A DNA stretch of 20,000 nt, from IMG/VR virus record IMGVR_UViG_3300020048_000034. One strand, 5' to 3'. Positions 18,158 to 20,000 of this stretch are shown here, in pieces. The notes beneath the pieces are model-generated. The model was given only the letters and a program-made list of their open reading frames with translations, ran no database searches and had not been told where the DNA came from. This DNA comes from an uncultured virus (IMG/VR IMGVR_UViG_3300020048_000034) (Duplodnaviria; Heunggongvirae; Uroviricota; Caudoviricetes). The translations under genes were made by a program, and so were the position numbers. Position 1 is the first letter of the stretch. Each line of letters opens with the position of its first letter.

Positions 18158-18898
18158 TTAATTTCCTTCAGGTACAGGTACAGTTAAAGGTGGTGTACAA
18201 ATTGAACCAAGTAAGGACATATCTGGAGATTTAATTGTCATTCCAGTATCGGATTTAATTATTATTCCTTTAGTATTTCTAATAATTATTTTTGGACAAA
18301 ATATTTCTATTGTGTCTTTTTTAAAAGAAATAGTCATATCTCCATATTTTAATTCAAATTCTTGAGTTTTTCTATCTGCTTTAAAGTATGTACCAAAATA
18401 ATCTTTAAATTGATTAACTGATTCCTTAGAATCTTGCATTGAGAATGAACCATCACTCCATCTAACTTCAATAGTATTTACATCCTTATCTTTGTTAGTG
18501 ATGTATTTATTTTCTTTAGAATCAATAAAACCATATCTTTCTGGATACTCAGAATGAAAATCTTGTAATCTATTCAATCTATCTGTTTTGTGCCAAACAT
18601 AATACATTTTATAGATTGAACACTCTGGAGAAATTACAATTACATTACTATCTTTTTCAGGTACATTAAACTGTGATGTTAGTGGTCCTTCCCCTAAACC
18701 AACTGGGTAAAGTGGGAATATCCAAGGAAGTTTTTCCTCATCATCCCAGGGTAACAAATCTGGGACATTACATTTAATTCTACCTAGAAGGGAAGGATCA
18801 TGATTGTGAACTACCTTACATTGTAACAACCTAAAACCATGACCAAAAGGTTTGTACGGTTGAAACGAAGAAAGTGGATTAACATGACTAGCGTTCAA
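18158..18898 (-). CDS. Baseplate central spike, gp5/gpV-like OB-fold protein (246 aa)
   Basis: CKVVHNHDPSLLGRIKCNVP...LPWIFP...FNVPEKDSNVIV matches the Gp5/VgrG OB-fold motif (V....DP...GR.....P...W....P.....V.V), followed by beta repeats. TTG start with AGGAGA RBS. No lysozyme domain. Confidence 0.88.
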   Translation of the reverse strand: MNASHVNPLSSFQPYKPFGHGFRLLQCKVVHNHDPSLLGRIKCNVPDLLPWDDEEKLPWIFPLYPVGLGEGPLTSQFNVPEKDSNVIVISPECSIYKMYYVWHKTDRLNRLQDFHSEYPERYGFIDSKENKYITNKDKDVNTIEVRWSDGSFSMQDSKESVNQFKDYFGTYFKADRKTQEFELKYGDMTISFKKDTIEIFCPKIIIRNTKGIIIKSDTGMTIKSPDMSLLGSICTPPLTVPVPEGN

Positions 18899-20000
18899 GT
18901 TTTATCTCCTACTAAACATTAGTGTTAAATAACTATTATTCATAGTTAGTGTATTTTATAAAGATGCTTAAATATGGGCTTTTTTATTAAAAATCGTTAT
19001 AAAATGGGGTAAAAAAAGGGGCTTTTTTAACAACACGTTTTTCCTTATAGAAACAATTTATTATAAAAAATAAGCCCATTTTTATTAATTATGAATCAGA
19101 GGTAAATATCTGTATTTTAATACAAAAAATGATGATTAGAAACCAGAGTAAAATTAGTAAATAAAATATTAGTTCTTTATCAATGTGTAGTTAACTTAAT
19201 ATAGATCATAGTAGAGACTATTATTCATATTTTAAAATATTTAAAAACACTACTCTCTAATTAAAGTATTTAATAGTCAAATATACATAGTTTACTCCAC
19301 TTGAAGCCATAAATAGGGTGTGGTAAGAAAAAACCGCAAAAAAATAGAAAAAACTTTTGTATTATAATAAGCCATTCTCATTTTTTTGCGGTAAAATTCT
19401 GGGTTTAAAACTAGTGTTTTTTACAAAACATCTGTAATTAGGAGGTAAAGTCTGTGATTTTTACCTATATTCTCTAAAGAATCTAAAATATCTTTTTTAG
19501 GATGTAAATAGTAACCTTTAAGAACTCTAATCTTTTCTCTACAATCCATATATGATTCTAGTTCAAAAAAGAGTTTTAAGAACTGTTTTGCTTCATAAAC
19601 TCTTTAATTAGTGATTTTAATGTAGATCATAATAGATACTATTGTTAATATTTTTAAAACACTTCTTGAGGAGCTATAATAAGCGTATTTTACGCATTTC
19701 TACAAATCATAGCAATATTATGTAATAATTTCAAATAGTTGTGAAAAGCGAAAACCGTGAGCGTAAAGTTTAGAGTTTTCTCTCTTTCTAGAGTGATTCT
19801 AGACTAGAATCTAGAATTAGGGTATGTGTGAAAAGCGGCAAAAAAAATACAGTATATAACACACGCTTTTCGCTTTTCACACATTCTTTAGTATTTTCAA
19901 TACTTTATAACCCTATTTTTACTTTCTTTAGTAATTTCAATACTTTATACTTACTATAATTACATAGAACTGTATACACTAATCCCTAGGATTTATATAT
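18899..20000. promoter_or_regulatory. AT-rich non-coding control region with several direct and inverted repeats
   Basis: No ORF in the supplied track. Inverted repeats at 19333-19345/19380-19392 and 19740-19759/19862-19881. Direct repeats at 19196-19251/19617-19663 and 19884-19909/19924-19949. Confidence 0.6.

Noticed and set aside
14956..18898. Bacterial type VI secretion vgrG-PAAR locus
   Set aside because: The spike lacks the gp27-like N-terminal part of VgrG, no tss or effector-immunity genes are present, and the neighbours look like phage fibre genes.
19421..19549. 42-aa minus-strand ORF (MDCREKIRVLKGYY...) and other ~30-aa ORFs in the upstream region
   Set aside because: Short, with no RBS or recognisable motif. 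Could be a gene remnant but cannot be supported.
19884..19949. Mini CRISPR array
   Set aside because: Only two copies with a 14-bp gap, too short for a spacer.

Overview
An AT-rich window (roughly 30% GC by eye) holding one co-oriented minus-strand cluster of virion structural genes. It most likely comes from a large contractile-tailed phage or prophage; a contractile injection system is not excluded. In transcription order (right to left) the cluster encodes: a gp5/gpV-like OB-fold spike, a long Cys-rich beta-solenoid protein, a small Ala-rich protein, a PAAR tip protein, a hypothetical protein, a giant vWA/PKD/repeat protein, a fibre-adaptor-like protein, a short collagen-motif protein, and three large Thr/Ser/Gly-rich putative structural proteins. 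A CxxCxxCC protein and a coiled-coil protein lie between those three. About 1.1 kb of repeat-rich non-coding DNA lies upstream. Two signals are hidden by the ORF track. (1) ORFs 17463-18155 and 15522-17090 are one 878-codon frame broken only by an in-frame TGA, which is followed by a bacterial SECIS-like hairpin in the same register as E. coli fdhF. This is a candidate phage selenoprotein or programmed readthrough. (2) ORFs 12341-13870, 10218-12332 and 7211-10240 appear to be one ~2205-aa gene split by two perfect tandem duplications of 32 bp and 10 bp. All family assignments come from motif recognition, not database searches.
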